Positions 25,013 through 37,380 of a stretch of DNA of 64,000 nucleotides are shown piece by piece. The stretch is from Neoechinorhynchus agilis (Eukaryota > Animalia > Acanthocephala), in the NCBI GenBank assembly GCA_051530055.1, contig CM121343.1, positions 3,194,389 to 3,258,388 on the forward strand. Reading direction: 5' to 3'. The translations under genes were made by a program, and so were the position numbers. The notes below the pieces were generated by a model. The model saw only the letters and a list, made by a program, of their open reading frames with translations. It ran no database searches and was not told the origin of the DNA. Each line of letters starts with the position of its first letter. The stretch's first letter is position 1.

Positions 25013-25684
25013 ATGAATTCTTCCCGACCACTCACATTGTGTTCCATTGCACCGTTTTATGGGCAGATTTTCTTAGAGGCGATGACCTTAATGATTAGTC
25101 CGCATGACAGTTTGATGACGTCACCACAATCAATCTCGCCATTACTTTTTACGCTCCAGCCTAGGCAACAAGAAGCGATAACCTCTAAAGTGCGTCAATC
25201 ACAGAGGTGTGATTTTCTCCGATCGGCTACTACTACATCGATCGTTGCAGCATTTAGTACTGCTGCTGCAGTTTGGCTGATTCATAACAGTTCACGACGG
25301 TCCACTGAATTGGTTGATGCTTCAGATCCGGACGAACCCAATTCAATGGAATCTGATATGGACACTTGCACTATAGTGTTAGATCAGCATAGTCAGCGAG
25401 TATTGTACTCAATGAGTTTTTTATCATTTCGAATCCCGGACGATTCATTTGTTATCGATCATTGCATACATTGTGTGCCTAATCGCGTCCATCAGGATTA
25501 TGACTTTTCGAATGAACCATGTTCAATCTGTCTCGAATGTATGTATCCAGCTAGGTCAATATCGATGCTCAAATGCTGTCATGTATTCCATTTTAAGTGT
25601 ATTAGAGATTGGCTATGTATTTCATTAACATGTCCGGTGTGTAGATATCAGTGCTCGCCTTTTTCTTCAATCGTATCCGTGTGA
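25013..25684 (+). CDS. RING-H2 (C3H2C3) finger protein, probable E3 ubiquitin ligase, single exon
   Basis: CSICLEC...KCCHVFHFKCIRDWLCISLTCPVCR has complete RING-H2 ligand spacing. There is one weak hydrophobic stretch (SIVAAFSTAAAVWLI). Confidence 0.8.
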   Translation: MNSSRPLTLCSIAPFYGQIFLEAMTLMISPHDSLMTSPQSISPLLFTLQPRQQEAITSKVRQSQRCDFLRSATTTSIVAAFSTAAAVWLIHNSSRRSTELVDASDPDEPNSMESDMDTCTIVLDQHSQRVLYSMSFLSFRIPDDSFVIDHCIHCVPNRVHQDYDFSNEPCSICLECMYPARSISMLKCCHVFHFKCIRDWLCISLTCPVCRYQCSPFSSIVSV

Positions 25685-26781
25685 CTCTATATTCGATATA
25701 ATAAAATTCTATATTTGATTTTTATAAATGTCGATGATTCCACGATACGGTCCATTGGTCTTCATTGGACACCGATAGATGTGTTGCCGAATTACAAGGT
25801 CAAAAGCGGTCTTATCAAAACATAACTGAGAATAGACCAAATATGTTTACTATTTCTAGTGGGACAATGAATAAAGTTACAAGATCAAAATATTTTTCCC
25901 GCAATTTAAAGAAAACATTAGTGTATCCTTTGTCCAAGACCGCATCAGTTCCACACCATATATATGGGTGCTTTGCCATTTTCTCAAGATTGGTTATTTA
26001 AATACAAGATATCATTCTCGCCCCAACACCAAATCTTTCTCGCCAGTTTATCATTCGCGATTGCTTAGGCTACTTTCAACCTACCGTAAATTGGCACCAT
26101 TCAAATCCATTGCACCCAATTGTCGAATTGGGTCGTCATGTTCTTCTTTAAAAACAAACTCTAAATTCATCGACGGAGAAAATCCTTCGGGTAAGTCAAA
26201 GGATAATTTTGGTAAACATAATCCGCTGCTCATAACCTATTTGATTTATTGCGGAAATATTTCGCGACAAGGTAACCTCGCAGCTTAAAATCTTAATGTG
26301 AAAAACTCATTTTTAGGTGATTGATGAGGAGGCGAGGTTACCTCCTTCGAAATATTTCCCCTATAAATCAAATAGGTCATTACTGGGAGTATTTTCACCA
26401 AAATTAAATTTTAGCTTTGTACTTTCCATTTGATTCTTAAATTCAATTTTTTTATTTTTGAAATTTAATTCACATTATTAAATTTCTTTCAATCATATCT
26501 CCTACTGTTTACCATTAAATTTTAAATTAATTTCGGATAATTTTATAATTGGATCACAAGTATGAACTGTGGTTCTAAATCTCATTTCTTTTTTAAAATC
26601 TATAAGATAATATTCGTTGCAAGGTTTGGGAGTGCCTGATTGGCTGGCTGTTCTATGTGTTATTAACGTCCATCAAATAATTTCCTGTATATCAATAATA
26701 AGAAGTCTTAGATGGAAAAATTTTGAAATTAACGCATCTTTTACTTTGCAACTCATGTTTCACGCCAAGAAGTGCATTTTC

Positions 26782-26883
26782 GAATTACTTTATTATATGG
26801 GTTGTTTTCTGGCGTAGAAATTAAAATGATTTTATTTTTAAAATCTGATTGGTACGCCAGAAAACAACCTATATGAATAATTC
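26782..26883. repeat. Short inverted repeat/hairpin (22-bp stem, 36-nt loop)
   Basis: ATATGGGTTGTTTTCTGGCGTA (26795-26816) pairs with TACGCCAGAAAACAACCTATAT (26853-26874), with one G-T pair. Confidence 0.85.
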
Positions 26884-27573
26884 AATCTTATGTTACGTGT
26901 AGACAGAATATTTGATCTCGGAAACTTTTTATTTCGTTATATTTCAAAATTTCAGGTTTTAAACTTTTAATCGCGAATTGTTAATGAATCTTCGATCATT
27001 TTGATTGTAGTGGCTTCCAATTTTTTTGATATCATCTAACAATTTCCAGTTTTATGTTTTTAAAACACTGGTCGGTTTCGATATCATGAAATTCATATGC
27101 TTTTCAAAAAATCAATATTTTCTTTGTGAGTTCAGATAAATTACTTTATTTGGTAATGCATTTATAAAGTTTTGATTGACACTATATTAAAAACAGTTCA
27201 AATGTAATTTCCTAAAAAAATTTTTTTAGAAAGCCACATTTTTAGGAATGTTTAAAACAACTTCCAAATCTTTGGTGATTTTCTCCGCGGTCATTTTTAT
27301 CGATTTTCTTATTTGTCCTCTTAAAATAAAAAAAGAAAATGTTCAATATTCGTTAAAATAAGCGTAATCACTTATTGAATATATTTTTGTGAAAATTTTA
27401 GCTACTAGTTTGGGTACTCCGCGTGGAGCTTGTCACCCAAGTTGCCTCAAAAATGAGTAAGACGTTGATGCACACGACTACGTTTTACTGTGCTAACCGT
27501 CCGCATTTTAATGTTAATTTCCACTTGTAATTTTAAAAGAAACATTGACCCTCTAGATTACTGAGTTATTTGC

Positions 27574-29128
27574 ATGACTAATCAATCATCGACTCTTTGG
27601 GAAGTTTCGATGAATGGTGATCCATTGACTGAATTCTCCTTTACGACTGCAAGTGAGCTGATTGATTCAAGTTCGCTGGTAAGTTACAGGAGGCAATTAC
27701 CGAGCAACGTAAATTGCCTTCCTATCGCTCAGCAGGCTGGTTGGTGCTTAGAGGAACGAAACCAATCAGCATCAGCGGCGAATTTCCTTTACACCCAGGA
27801 GAATTCGGGTAACATAAAGAGTGGCCAAGTTGAAGACGATTCACAAGAGCTACAAGCCGGTAAAAAGAGAAAGTCGAATCCGATTGTCGAGAAAAGATAC
27901 CGTAATAGCATCAATGATAAAATTAATCAATTGAGAAGAATGCTACAGGAGTCCGCTGATAGAATGTCACTGCCACATTTCAATAACCTACAACCTTGCT
28001 CCTCACAAGTTGAGTTGATCTTTTCAACTGCTGAGAAGCAGCGTTTTCCATAAATCAGCGGTACTTGGCAGAACGATTGAGTATATAAAACATTTAGAAC
28101 GAGAAAACTTGCACTTACACCATACCCTACGCGATATGCGAACTTTTCTCTACTGCAACACAGTTAATCAACCACCCCAGCAATCACAAATGGAACAAGT
28201 ATCGATCATTTCATCTCAAAATTCTTTAATGGACCCTAATCTTTCTCAAAGATCACAAAAGGTTGAGATGTGTACGTTTGGGATGGATGCTCCACATGCA
28301 CCAGTAGACTTAAAACCACCAGTACATAAGAAAATTAAAACCAAAGCTGAAAATACCGATGTCTGGGGAGACGGAAATACCTTCATGCATTCATTGTTAG
28401 GACTTGTACTTGCTTTGACCATAATTCCAGTCATTTTTACGAACTTAAAAGTGTCCGATCTTCGATTATACTTAATGGCAAAACAAACATTTAAACCAAG
28501 AAGTCATGGGAACAACTTATGTTTGACTTCTTGGAGTAAGTCTCTCAATCTAACTAATATTTTATTCACGTTATGTTGTGTGTTTTATGTCGTTCGAAAC
28601 CTTATTGGACATATATCAATTAGGGAAAAAGAAAACAATCTCACGCTGACTCATCAAATTTTTGACTGCTTTGTGAGTCGAGGCTCTTGGATATTTGAGC
28701 TAATGTTCAATGCGACGAATGTGCTGAGCAATTTCAGAAAAATAACGTCTGTAAGTCCACGATTGGTACACATTTACAAAAATTCTCACCGCCGGCCATT
28801 CATACAACTATCCTATCCTTTTCCGACTTTTGACTTAAGAAGATTATCACTTGAGAGCGCAATGACCATGGATTTTATAATATTTTCAATAGAAATGCTT
28901 GATAAGGAAGGATGCCATGAGTTAGCAGTTGAACTAGATGCGATTATTAATTCATTTTATATGTCAACGATGTATCAAAATGTAGATGACTCCGACGTCT
29001 CGGTCATTTACGACAAGCTGATCACCAGAGGAATCGACTCACTGAAATTAAACAGTGATTGGAGAAATACCGTAACATGTCATAAATTAGTCAGTGACCT
29101 CTCCCATGTCACCATGTCAGCTCACTGA
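27574..29128 (+). CDS. SREBP: SREBP-family membrane-bound bHLH-Zip transcription factor
   Basis: The basic region EKRYRNSINDKI carries the SREBP-diagnostic Tyr, and helix 2 reads HKSAVLGRTIEYIKHL. Two hydrophobic segments flank a short loop containing RLYL. One short intron ends near 28041; a probable 49-nt intron (29072-29120) would extend the C-terminus. Confidence 0.88.
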
Positions 29129-30249
29129 GAGATCGAGCAACGAACTTAATTTGAATATAAGCGATGGCTGTGTCGCAAAAACTCTAGATCGCGGTTTTTT
29201 GCAATGAACGGATGACCGAGCTTTTGCAGTTCACATGAACTATTATATTCACACTATTTAAATGAACATTTATTTATCTTAAATCGCATACACTCAAAGA
29301 GCTTTTCGACTACATATCTTTACATCAATTTTTTCATTCGAATTGTACGTTAAGTTGATACCGCATCCATATCGCCATTAGTTGTTGTTAGCAATTTTGC
29401 AACGATGAAAATATACAACACTGAATATTGTAATTATCGGGATTTGCCTTGAAAACGATGTTCTTAAATATGTCACTTAACCATATTCGTGAGTTAATAC
29501 AACCGTTCAGTCTGGTTTATTTAACGAGAGCGGTTAAAGTAATTCTCCGATTATACTTTTATTATAATCGATCATCGAGACCGTAGTTCGATGAATTGAA
29601 ATAGCCGTTTAACTGTATTTTCTCACTTGATGTTTATACACTTTTCTCAAGACAAACATTTTTCATGTGTCGAACTTCAAAACTTCTTAATGCAGTTTTA
29701 AAGACTATCTACGATTTAATAAACGATGTTGTTAGATGTTAAACTCAGGATACTATCATCTCACAAATAGCGCCGAGTGATTTTTTTATCGTGAAGGCGA
29801 TTTCGAACTTTTTTAACTTGTATATTCAATTTCAGACGTGGTCTTCAGATCCACTTTTGCTTGCTGATCATTTAATTTTCATAAACTATTTACAACGAAC
29901 TCAAACAGGCGATTGGATATTGATCTTAATTTTATGCGATTCGCTTACTGCGGATAATATGGCAATTATCTAGATCTCTTTTTTTATTAATGATATTTAT
30001 TAAAATCTCAATGTGTGGCCTTTTATCACGGCTGATAATTTTTTTCCGCGCAAACAGCCCACCGATTTGGTTCAGAGAAGTAATTAAATCACTCAATACA
30101 CTCAACCATCCGGCATGAGTTTGTACATTCCTCTGGATCCTCAGATGCCTACCCGGAAAAAAATATCAGCCGTGATAAAAGGCCACACATTGATACTTAA
30201 TAAGTTACCGGCTGGTCAGTCTTCAAAATTTTTTTACAAGTTTTGGAAG

Positions 30250-30460
30250 ATAATGTTCTATGGAGCCGCGGTTTTCCTCACTCTGGCAGCATTCCCTCGT
30301 TGTACTACGAGGGAGATGTTTTGTGTAAGAAATGCTGTCTCACACGGGTCCCTTTTCATCGCCATCGACCTCTTTGCTAAATCTGAAACCAGCTCCCGTG
30401 TTTTCATGTAAAATGGCATCCGTAATCTCCGAAGCGGTATTTCCCTTTTCAATGCCAACT
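30250..30460 (-). mobile_element. CRE-like element, 3' fragment
   Basis: RELVSDLAKRS...DPCETAFLTQNISLVVQRGNAARV matches the RLE-domain end SxAxQRGNAA. Confidence 0.75.
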
Positions 30461-30919
30461 TTGAAAACCCTAATTCTGTAAGATATTCCCTTTTTAAATT
30501 ATGAATTCACCTGTAGGCTAATGTCATAGAATTCACAAATGCATAAGATAATCATGCAAAAATAAATAAAAAATTATTTCCGACCACTTTAGAGAGATAC
30601 ACGGACGTTTGTGAATAAGTTCGAGATGTAGTATCGAAGGATTTTCTCTTTAGCTCAGATATGAACAAAGGTGTTTCACTATAAATTTGAAATTTACGAT
30701 AAATCAATTTTTGCATCTGTGATTGGCTTTTTCAACGAACTCAGCCATGCATTCTCAGTCGCTTTCTTAAAGAATTGATTTGGCTATAACAACACGTTTT
30801 ATTTCAGGGAAAATACAAGCCACCGAACAATGCACCTCAGGTATCTAGTGAAACTTATAAGCTTTGGAGGGTTTTTAATTGTTCATCGTTGGAGTTCCAA
30901 AACGTCAGTTGTTACTTGA

Positions 30920-31720
30920 AGTTTTTTTCCGTTCTTTCCTTCGAATCAATTCGCATTTGGAGGCTTGGGCAGTGGGGAAGAAAGAGTGGAGGTAGAGATT
31001 TGTGCGAGGAACTGAAGGATGGAAAATGTTGAGGCGACGCGAGTGTTGTAAGTTTGAGTAAAAGGAGAAATGTGTGGTCGAAATTGAGAAGGAGAATGAA
31101 GGCATTCAGAGTATTTTTGAGATAGTTTCAGCTTCAATTAGGGATGTTTGATTCAGAAATAGATTTATATTGAAAATTTTCGGCCTTTTCATTGGCCTTC
31201 TTCAGACAATTGTTTGCAAGTGTTTACGACTTGACACGATCTAACGTCGTAAGCACTTGCAAACAATTGACTGAAGAAGGCCAAGGAAAGGGCGAATATT
31301 TTCAAGATAAATCTATTTCTGAATCAAACATCGCTAATTGAAACTGAAACCATAATGAATAATTTCTTTACGACTTTTGAGATATTAGAGCGAGGTGTTT
31401 TTCTAACGACATGAGTTTGGAGGTTGGAGTGCATTGATTAGAAGAAAAATTGCAAACTGTTAAATATGCGTAGGTGAACGTTGGTAGGATGGCGGACATA
31501 TAGAAGTATTCATGGTCTTTGGATGATAATCCAAGGAATCGGAGGCGTTTAAAAAGATAGAGTGTAATGGACCCTTTGTGCAACAAAATTGATATGTGCT
31601 TGTCCCACTTAAGATTTTCCTGAAAATGGATACCAGGGATAAGAACAGAGGAGACACAGTTTATAGGAAAAGGAAGAAGTTGCTGAACAGAAGGGCTATT
31701 TGAGATTGAGGGGACGATTT
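30920..31720 (-). mobile_element. L2/Daphne/Crack-like LINE ORF2 3' fragment, interrupted by a foldback element
   Basis: KGSITLYLFKRLRFLGL...FYMSAILPTFTYA and PRTNLYLHSFFPTA are typical L2-group ORF2 C-terminal motifs. Confidence 0.6.
31125..31350. mobile_element. Foldback palindrome (~226 bp, arms ~105 bp)
   Basis: The left arm GTTTCAGCTTCAATTAG...GTGTTTACGAC is the near-perfect reverse complement of GTCGTAAGCAC...CTAATTGAAACTGAAAC. A partial right-arm copy lies at about 57335-57390. Confidence 0.85.
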
Positions 31721-31809
31721 CAAAGCACTTGATTAGGTTAAGGTTAGCTAATCCTTATCGTATTTAGTCCTTCCCGTAATCATCAGTATTGAACTTTCAG
31801 GCTTACCAG

Positions 31810-32370
31810 GAGTTGCAAACTTGAAATGGGACTCGAGCATTACTTATTCCCTCAAACGCTACACCTTTTAAATCCATCTCTTTAAATGCCTCCGTCATTT
31901 AAGAGTCCCTTCGCTCGTTCCTTTTAAATTTTACTAAATTATATTTTACCCTCCCTCACCTACGGCTATTTCGTCTTTTTCAACCTATCCAAATCACCAA
32001 AATTTGCACAGTTGATTTTCCCCCCTCACTAAATACAAATTTTTTATCAACCCTTGAACCACGATTTTTGTCACATTTTATTCTCTTTTTCACATGAGTA
32101 CAATAATCGTAATTCCTTTCATATTCCCTCAACTTTGCACTCTTTCCCCATACTACCCAACCTTCCCGGATATCATGGCCCGAAATGAACCGGACGAAAG
32201 ACCCAACCTCAGAAGCGCTCCTAAAAACAATTACGGTCAATATCGAACCACCCGTAATCCACCCCAAAATCAACAACGACATTCATTTAATCTATCGGAA
32301 ATCGAGTGTTTCTGAGGACCTCAAGATACATGGGCCCAATTTTTTTGTTAATTAACAAATAAAACGTGTT
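31810..32370 (+). mobile_element. L2-group LINE 3' fragment, diverged and internally deleted
   Basis: TTGAAATGGGACTCG...TATTTTACCCTCCCTCAC...CAACCTATCCAAAT aligns with 40905-41075 and ends with the shared 3' hairpin and AACAAATAAAAC. Confidence 0.7.
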
Positions 32371-32479
32371 ATTATTAATGTAACTTTCATGTTTTACCAT
32401 AAAGGCTATTAAAATTCGATTTCGTTCATTAGATGCAAGTCATTTTACTTAATGAACTGCACATGCACGAAAGCGGGTC

Positions 32480-32640
32480 CAATGGTAAATCAATAATAAT
32501 TTTCTGGATTTCCCCCATGTACCTTTGGGTCTTCATAAACACTCGAGTTCTGATTGGATAAATGAAACTGTTTCTGATTTTGTAGCGGATTACGAGTCCG
32601 CGCGGGTGGGAATATTCGGTTGGGTTAGAAGGTAAGTTCT
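32480..32640 (-). mobile_element. L2-group LINE 3' tail
   Basis: CCCATGTACCTTTGGGTCTTCATAAACAC is the reverse complement of the shared 3' hairpin motif. Confidence 0.6.
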
Positions 32641-33479
32641 GGTGGGCGAATTGTTGGTTATTGCTTAATTCATTTATAACTTATCAATTTTTTATATACA
32701 TTTTCGTTCAAAATGAACATGTTCAAAAAAGCGTTATAATTCAATCCGTTCACTGAAAATGTAAAACAAATTCTTTTATCTTGCCCCCTCCACTTTCAGA
32801 CATCTTAAACTTTATAGAACCTCGAAACAAGTTGAAGCTTCACAAAATAGTTTCGATTCGCAACAGATAGAATGACTATTTTATAAATTATATCTTAAAA
32901 AATCATGCCATTTTCACTGCTGCTATTCTTAAATAGAAAAATTCGCTTCCCTGATACTGGTTTCTAAAGATGAAATGCATTTATCCCGGATTTCCGTGAT
33001 AGCTATTCAGTGAAAAATGAAAAACTTTTGAAAAGTGTTGACAACAGAACGTGATTTGTCTGATACTCAAAATAAGTTGACTAAATCACCAAGAATTCAA
33101 AAATGTTTGTACTTCAATTGACTAATTCCCCGTTACTTGTTCATATTTCCGTCTTCCCAACCGCTCAATCCTCCAAATGCGAATTGATTCGAAGGAAAGA
33201 ACGGAAAACAATTTAACCGACCAAAAACAATTCTACCAACCATAGTAAACTCACCTAAGAAAAAATTCTTCAATCTCTGCACGAATCTTAAAGTACCGCA
33301 ATCAACAATAATTGCAAAGATCATGAAACCAAAAACGAAGCAACGTTCAAAATCTGAATGCGAACAAAATAATGAGCGAAAATCTTATTTACAGAAAGTT
33401 GTAAATCGTTAAAATCAATGGAGGAATCTAAAGTCGTGACGTCATGCGTTTGGACATCAAAATCTAAAATATCATGAAC

Positions 33480-33570
33480 CGTAGGAAAGAGCAAACCTCA
33501 CAATTTCCCTTCCAAATTCGAGTGTTCTTGAGGACCCAAAGATACATGGGTCCTTTTCTTCGTTGATTAA
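33480..33570 (+). mobile_element. L2-group LINE 3' tail
   Basis: GAGGACCCAAAGATACATGGGTCC at 33530-33553. Confidence 0.65.
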
Positions 33571-33627
33571 CTTTTTTGAGTGAACTTTCTTTAATTCAAA
33601 GTCTCAGCAAGGCAATAGGACACAAAA

Positions 33628-33960
33628 GTCATGAAATCATTCACATCACCGCTCTGGCTCATTCAGCTGCCGTCCTGGTCTAATGGTCGAAAGGACGGAT
33701 GCAGTGTTTCCAAACCGTTAGGAGGAATGCTCCTGATCTCGGATCGTCAGTGATTTGTCTGAGTCTCTTGAACAATTGATTAACCAGGGCATGCGCTGCG
33801 GTACCGAACGACCCGAGCCTCTCGACGCCAAGGGGATGGTATTTTTGCGGTCCTCGGAGGGGGTTGCTGCTCCCCCTCCGGTTCAATGTAACCACGACCC
33901 ATAGGAAATTGTGTAACCGATTCAAATCTCCGCAAATGCGACTATGGAGAAATTCAGCCA
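33628..33960 (-). mobile_element. CRE-like 3' fragment carrying a ~80-bp hairpin cassette
   Basis: QKYHPLGVERLGSFGTAAHALVNQLFKRLRQITDDPRSGAFLL is followed by the cassette also seen at 41717 and 58331. Confidence 0.75.
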
Positions 33961-34089
33961 TTGCAAAAGCATATAAACAGTTAAAAAAACGAGAATTAAA
34001 AACATCAAATAGAAAATGACCGAGACGAAATAAACAAATTTATAATTTCTAACGTTTTATTCAAATTAAACCACTTGAATTTTTTTCTC

Positions 34090-34260
34090 GGGGTTTTACA
34101 ATAATAAAGCACAAAACGTTCAATTACCACCGTCCCCAAAATTGGAGCTTCTCTCCTTCCTCGGCTGTCACTATCACGCTAACAGCATTGCCTCGTTGCA
34201 CTGCAAGTGAGATATTTTGTCGCAGGAATACACCTTCTCGTGCTTCCTAAAGTACACAAT
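34090..34260 (-). mobile_element. CRE-like 3' fragment
   Basis: Nearly collinear with the 3565-3685 copy (CTTCTCTCCTTCCTCGGCTGTCAC...GAGATATTTTGTCG.AGGAATACACC). Confidence 0.75.
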
Positions 34261-34499
34261 CGGCCAAATGGACTATTTGGGATCGGAGAACTTGAAAGAC
34301 AAAAATGCGTCTTCCCCGAATAAGTTACTTCCGGATATATCGACACTACGTCACAAACAATCTCTAGTGAGCGAGTTTAGTTCGAATCTTTGCTTTTATT
34401 GTGCGAAGCGCAAACACGAAATTTGGAATGTCGTCACAATTCATTTGTCTATGGCATTTATTTCAGAAGAAAACACGCTTTAACTTCAAGACTTTAAAA

Positions 34500-37380
34500 C
34501 ATTTAAATTTTAAAAATGATGTCCGTCTTCCAAGTTAATCCACGGGATAAGAATTTAACTCAAGTCCCCATGAACAACACGAAATTTTTGTTCTGAATTA
34601 ACAATCTTCGATAAAGTTGTATTGCCATTAACAAATAGAATATTTCGTCTTGTTTTATTTTTCCCTTGATTAGAGAATTAAAGATTTCAATTTCTCTAAA
34701 AAAAGACTTTTTAAATTAATTTACCAACGCTATAAAGTCAAAAAGAAATGAGTTTAACAGTGTTACTCAGTTTTTTTATTCGTCTTTTGATAAAGATTCG
34801 ACTTATCCTTTGGGAGCTTTTAAAACTTCAATTTCTCATTTTTAAAGAGATTTTCCGTCTTAAACGTTAATCCACAGAATAAGAATTTAACTCAAGTTCC
34901 CATGTTAACACGAAATTTTTGTTTTGAATCAACGATCTTCGGAAAAGTTGTATGACCGTTAACAAATAGAATATTTCGTCTTGTTTTATTTTTCCCTCGA
35001 TTAGAAAATTAGAGCTTTCTATTTCTTAAAAAAGACTTTGAAATAGTATACCAACGCCATAAAGTCAAAAAAAGAAATGAGTTTAACAGTGTTACTCAAT
35101 TTTTTATTCGTCTTTTGATGAAGATTCAACTTATCCTTTGGGACTTTTTAAAACTTCAATTTCTCATTTTTAAAGAGATTTTCGTCTTAAACGTTAATCT
35201 GCGAAATAAGAATTTAACTCAAGTTCCCATGAACAACACGAAATTTTTGTTTTGAATTAACAATCTTCGATAAAGTTGTATTGCCTTTAACAAATAGAAT
35301 ATTTCGTCTTGTTTTATTTTTTCCTGATTAGAGAATTAAAGATTTCAATTTCTTAAAAAAAGACTTTAAATTAATTTACCAACGCTATAAAGTAAAAAAA
35401 GAAATGAGTTTAACAGTGTTACTCTTTTTATTCGTCTTTGATAAGATTCACTTACCTTTGGGATTTTAAAACTTCAATTTCTCATTTTTAAAGGATTTTC
35501 CGTCTTAAACGTTAATCCACAAATAGAATTTAACTCAAGTTCCCATGTTAACACGAAATTTTTGTTTTGAATCAACAATCTTCGAAAAAGTTGTATTACC
35601 TTTAACAAATAGAATATTTCGTCTTGTTTTATTTTTCCCTTGATTAGAAAATTAAAGATTTCTATTTCTTTAAAAAAGACTTTAAATAGTATACCAACGC
35701 CATAAAGTCAAAAAAAGAAATGAGTTTAACAGTGTTACTCAGTTTTTTTATTCGTCTTTTGATGAAGATTCAACTTATCCTTTGGGACTTTTTAAAACTT
35801 CAATTTCTCATTTTTAAAGAGATTTTCCGTCTTAAACGTTAATCCACAGAATAAGAATTTAACTCAAGTTCCCATGTTAACACGAAATTTTTGTTTTGAA
35901 TCAACGATCTTCGGAAAAGTTGTATGACCGTTAACAAATAGAATATTTCGTCTTGTTTTATTTTTTCCCTCGATTAGAAAATTAGAGCTTTCTATTTCTT
36001 TAAAAAAGACTTTGAAATAGTATACCAACGCCATAAAGTCAAAAAAAGAAATGAGTTTAACAGTGTTACTCAATTTTTTATTCGTCTTTTGATGAAGATT
36101 CAACTTATCCTTTGGGACTTTTTAAAACTTCAATTTCTCATTTTTAAAGAGATTTTCCGTCTTAAACGTTAATCTGCGAAATAAGAATTTAACTCAAGTT
36201 CCCATGAACAACACGAAATTTTTGTTTTGAATTAACAATCTTCGATAAAGTTGTATTGCCTTTAACAAATAGAATATTTCGTCTTGTTTTATTTTTTCCC
36301 TCGATTAGAAAATTAGAGCTTTCTATTTCTTTAAAAAAGACTTTAAAATAGTATACCAACGCCATAAAGTCAAAAAAAGAAATGAGTTTAACAGTGTTAC
36401 TCAATTTTTTTATTCGTCTTTTGATGAAGATTCAACTTATCCTTTGGGACTTTTTAAAACTTCAATTTCTCATTTTTAAAGAGATTTTCGGTCTTAAACG
36501 TTAATCTGCGAAATAAGAATTTAACTCAAGTTCCCATGAACAACACGAAATTTTTGTTTTGAATTAACAATCTTCGATAAAGTTGTATTGCCTTTAACAA
36601 ATAGAATATTTCGTCTTGTTTTATTTTTTCCCTTGATTAGAGAATTAAAGATTTCAATTTCTCTAAAAAAAGACTTTTTAAATTAATTTACCAACGCTAT
36701 AAAGTTAAAAAAAGAAATGAGTTTAACAGTGTTACTCAGTTTTTTTATTCGTCTTTTGATAAAGATTCGACTTATCCTTTGGGAGCTTTTAAAACTTCAA
36801 TTTCTCATTTTTAAAGAGATTTTCCGTCTTAAACGTTAATCCACAGAATAAGAATTTAACTCAAGTTCCCATGTTAACACGAAATTTTTGTTTTGAATCA
36901 ACGATCTTCGGAAAAGTTGTATGACCGTTAACAAATAGAATATTTCGTCTTGTTTTATTTTTTCCCTCGATTAGAAAATTAGAGCTTTCTATTTCTTTAA
37001 AAAAGACTTTAAAATAGTATACCAACGCCATAAAGTCAAAAAAAGAAATGAGTTTAACAGTGTTACTCAATTTTTTTATTCGTCTTTTGATGAAGATTCA
37101 ACTTATCCTTTGGGACTTTTTAAAACTTCAATTTCTCATTTTTAAAGAGATTTTCCGTCTTAAACGTTAATCTGCGAAATAAGAATTTAACTCAAGTTCC
37201 CATGAACAACACGAAATTTTTGTTTTGAATTAACAATCTTCGATAAAGTTGTATTGCCTTTAACAAATAGAATATTTCGTCTTGTTTTATTTTTTCCCTC
37301 GATTAGAGAATTAAAGCTTTCTATTTCTTTAAAAAAGACTTTAAAATAGTATACCAACGCCATAAAGTCAAAAAAATTAG
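34500..37380. repeat. Tandem array D, ~330-bp unit, ~9 copies, two sequence variants
   Basis: AAGAATTTAACTCAAG falls near 34549, 34882, 35208, 35524, 35853, 36183, 36515, 36850 and 37181. Confidence 0.95.

Noticed and set aside
26765-29128. miR-33, which is usually intronic in SREBP
   Set aside because: There is no GTGCATTGTAGTTGCATTG-like sequence in the gene. GTGCATTTT at about 26772 mismatches the seed and has no partner arm.
33650-33704. Hammerhead ribozyme in the cassette or in array E (CGAAA plus stem; CTGAATGA)
   Set aside because: Only about 12 nt separate the stem from GAAA, leaving no room for stems I/II. The CUGANGA core is absent on that strand and the cleavage-site base would be G.
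35864-37070. Repeated MSNTVKLISFF... ORFs
   Set aside because: These are by-products of array D. The unit length is not kept at a multiple of three and the frames do not continue between units.
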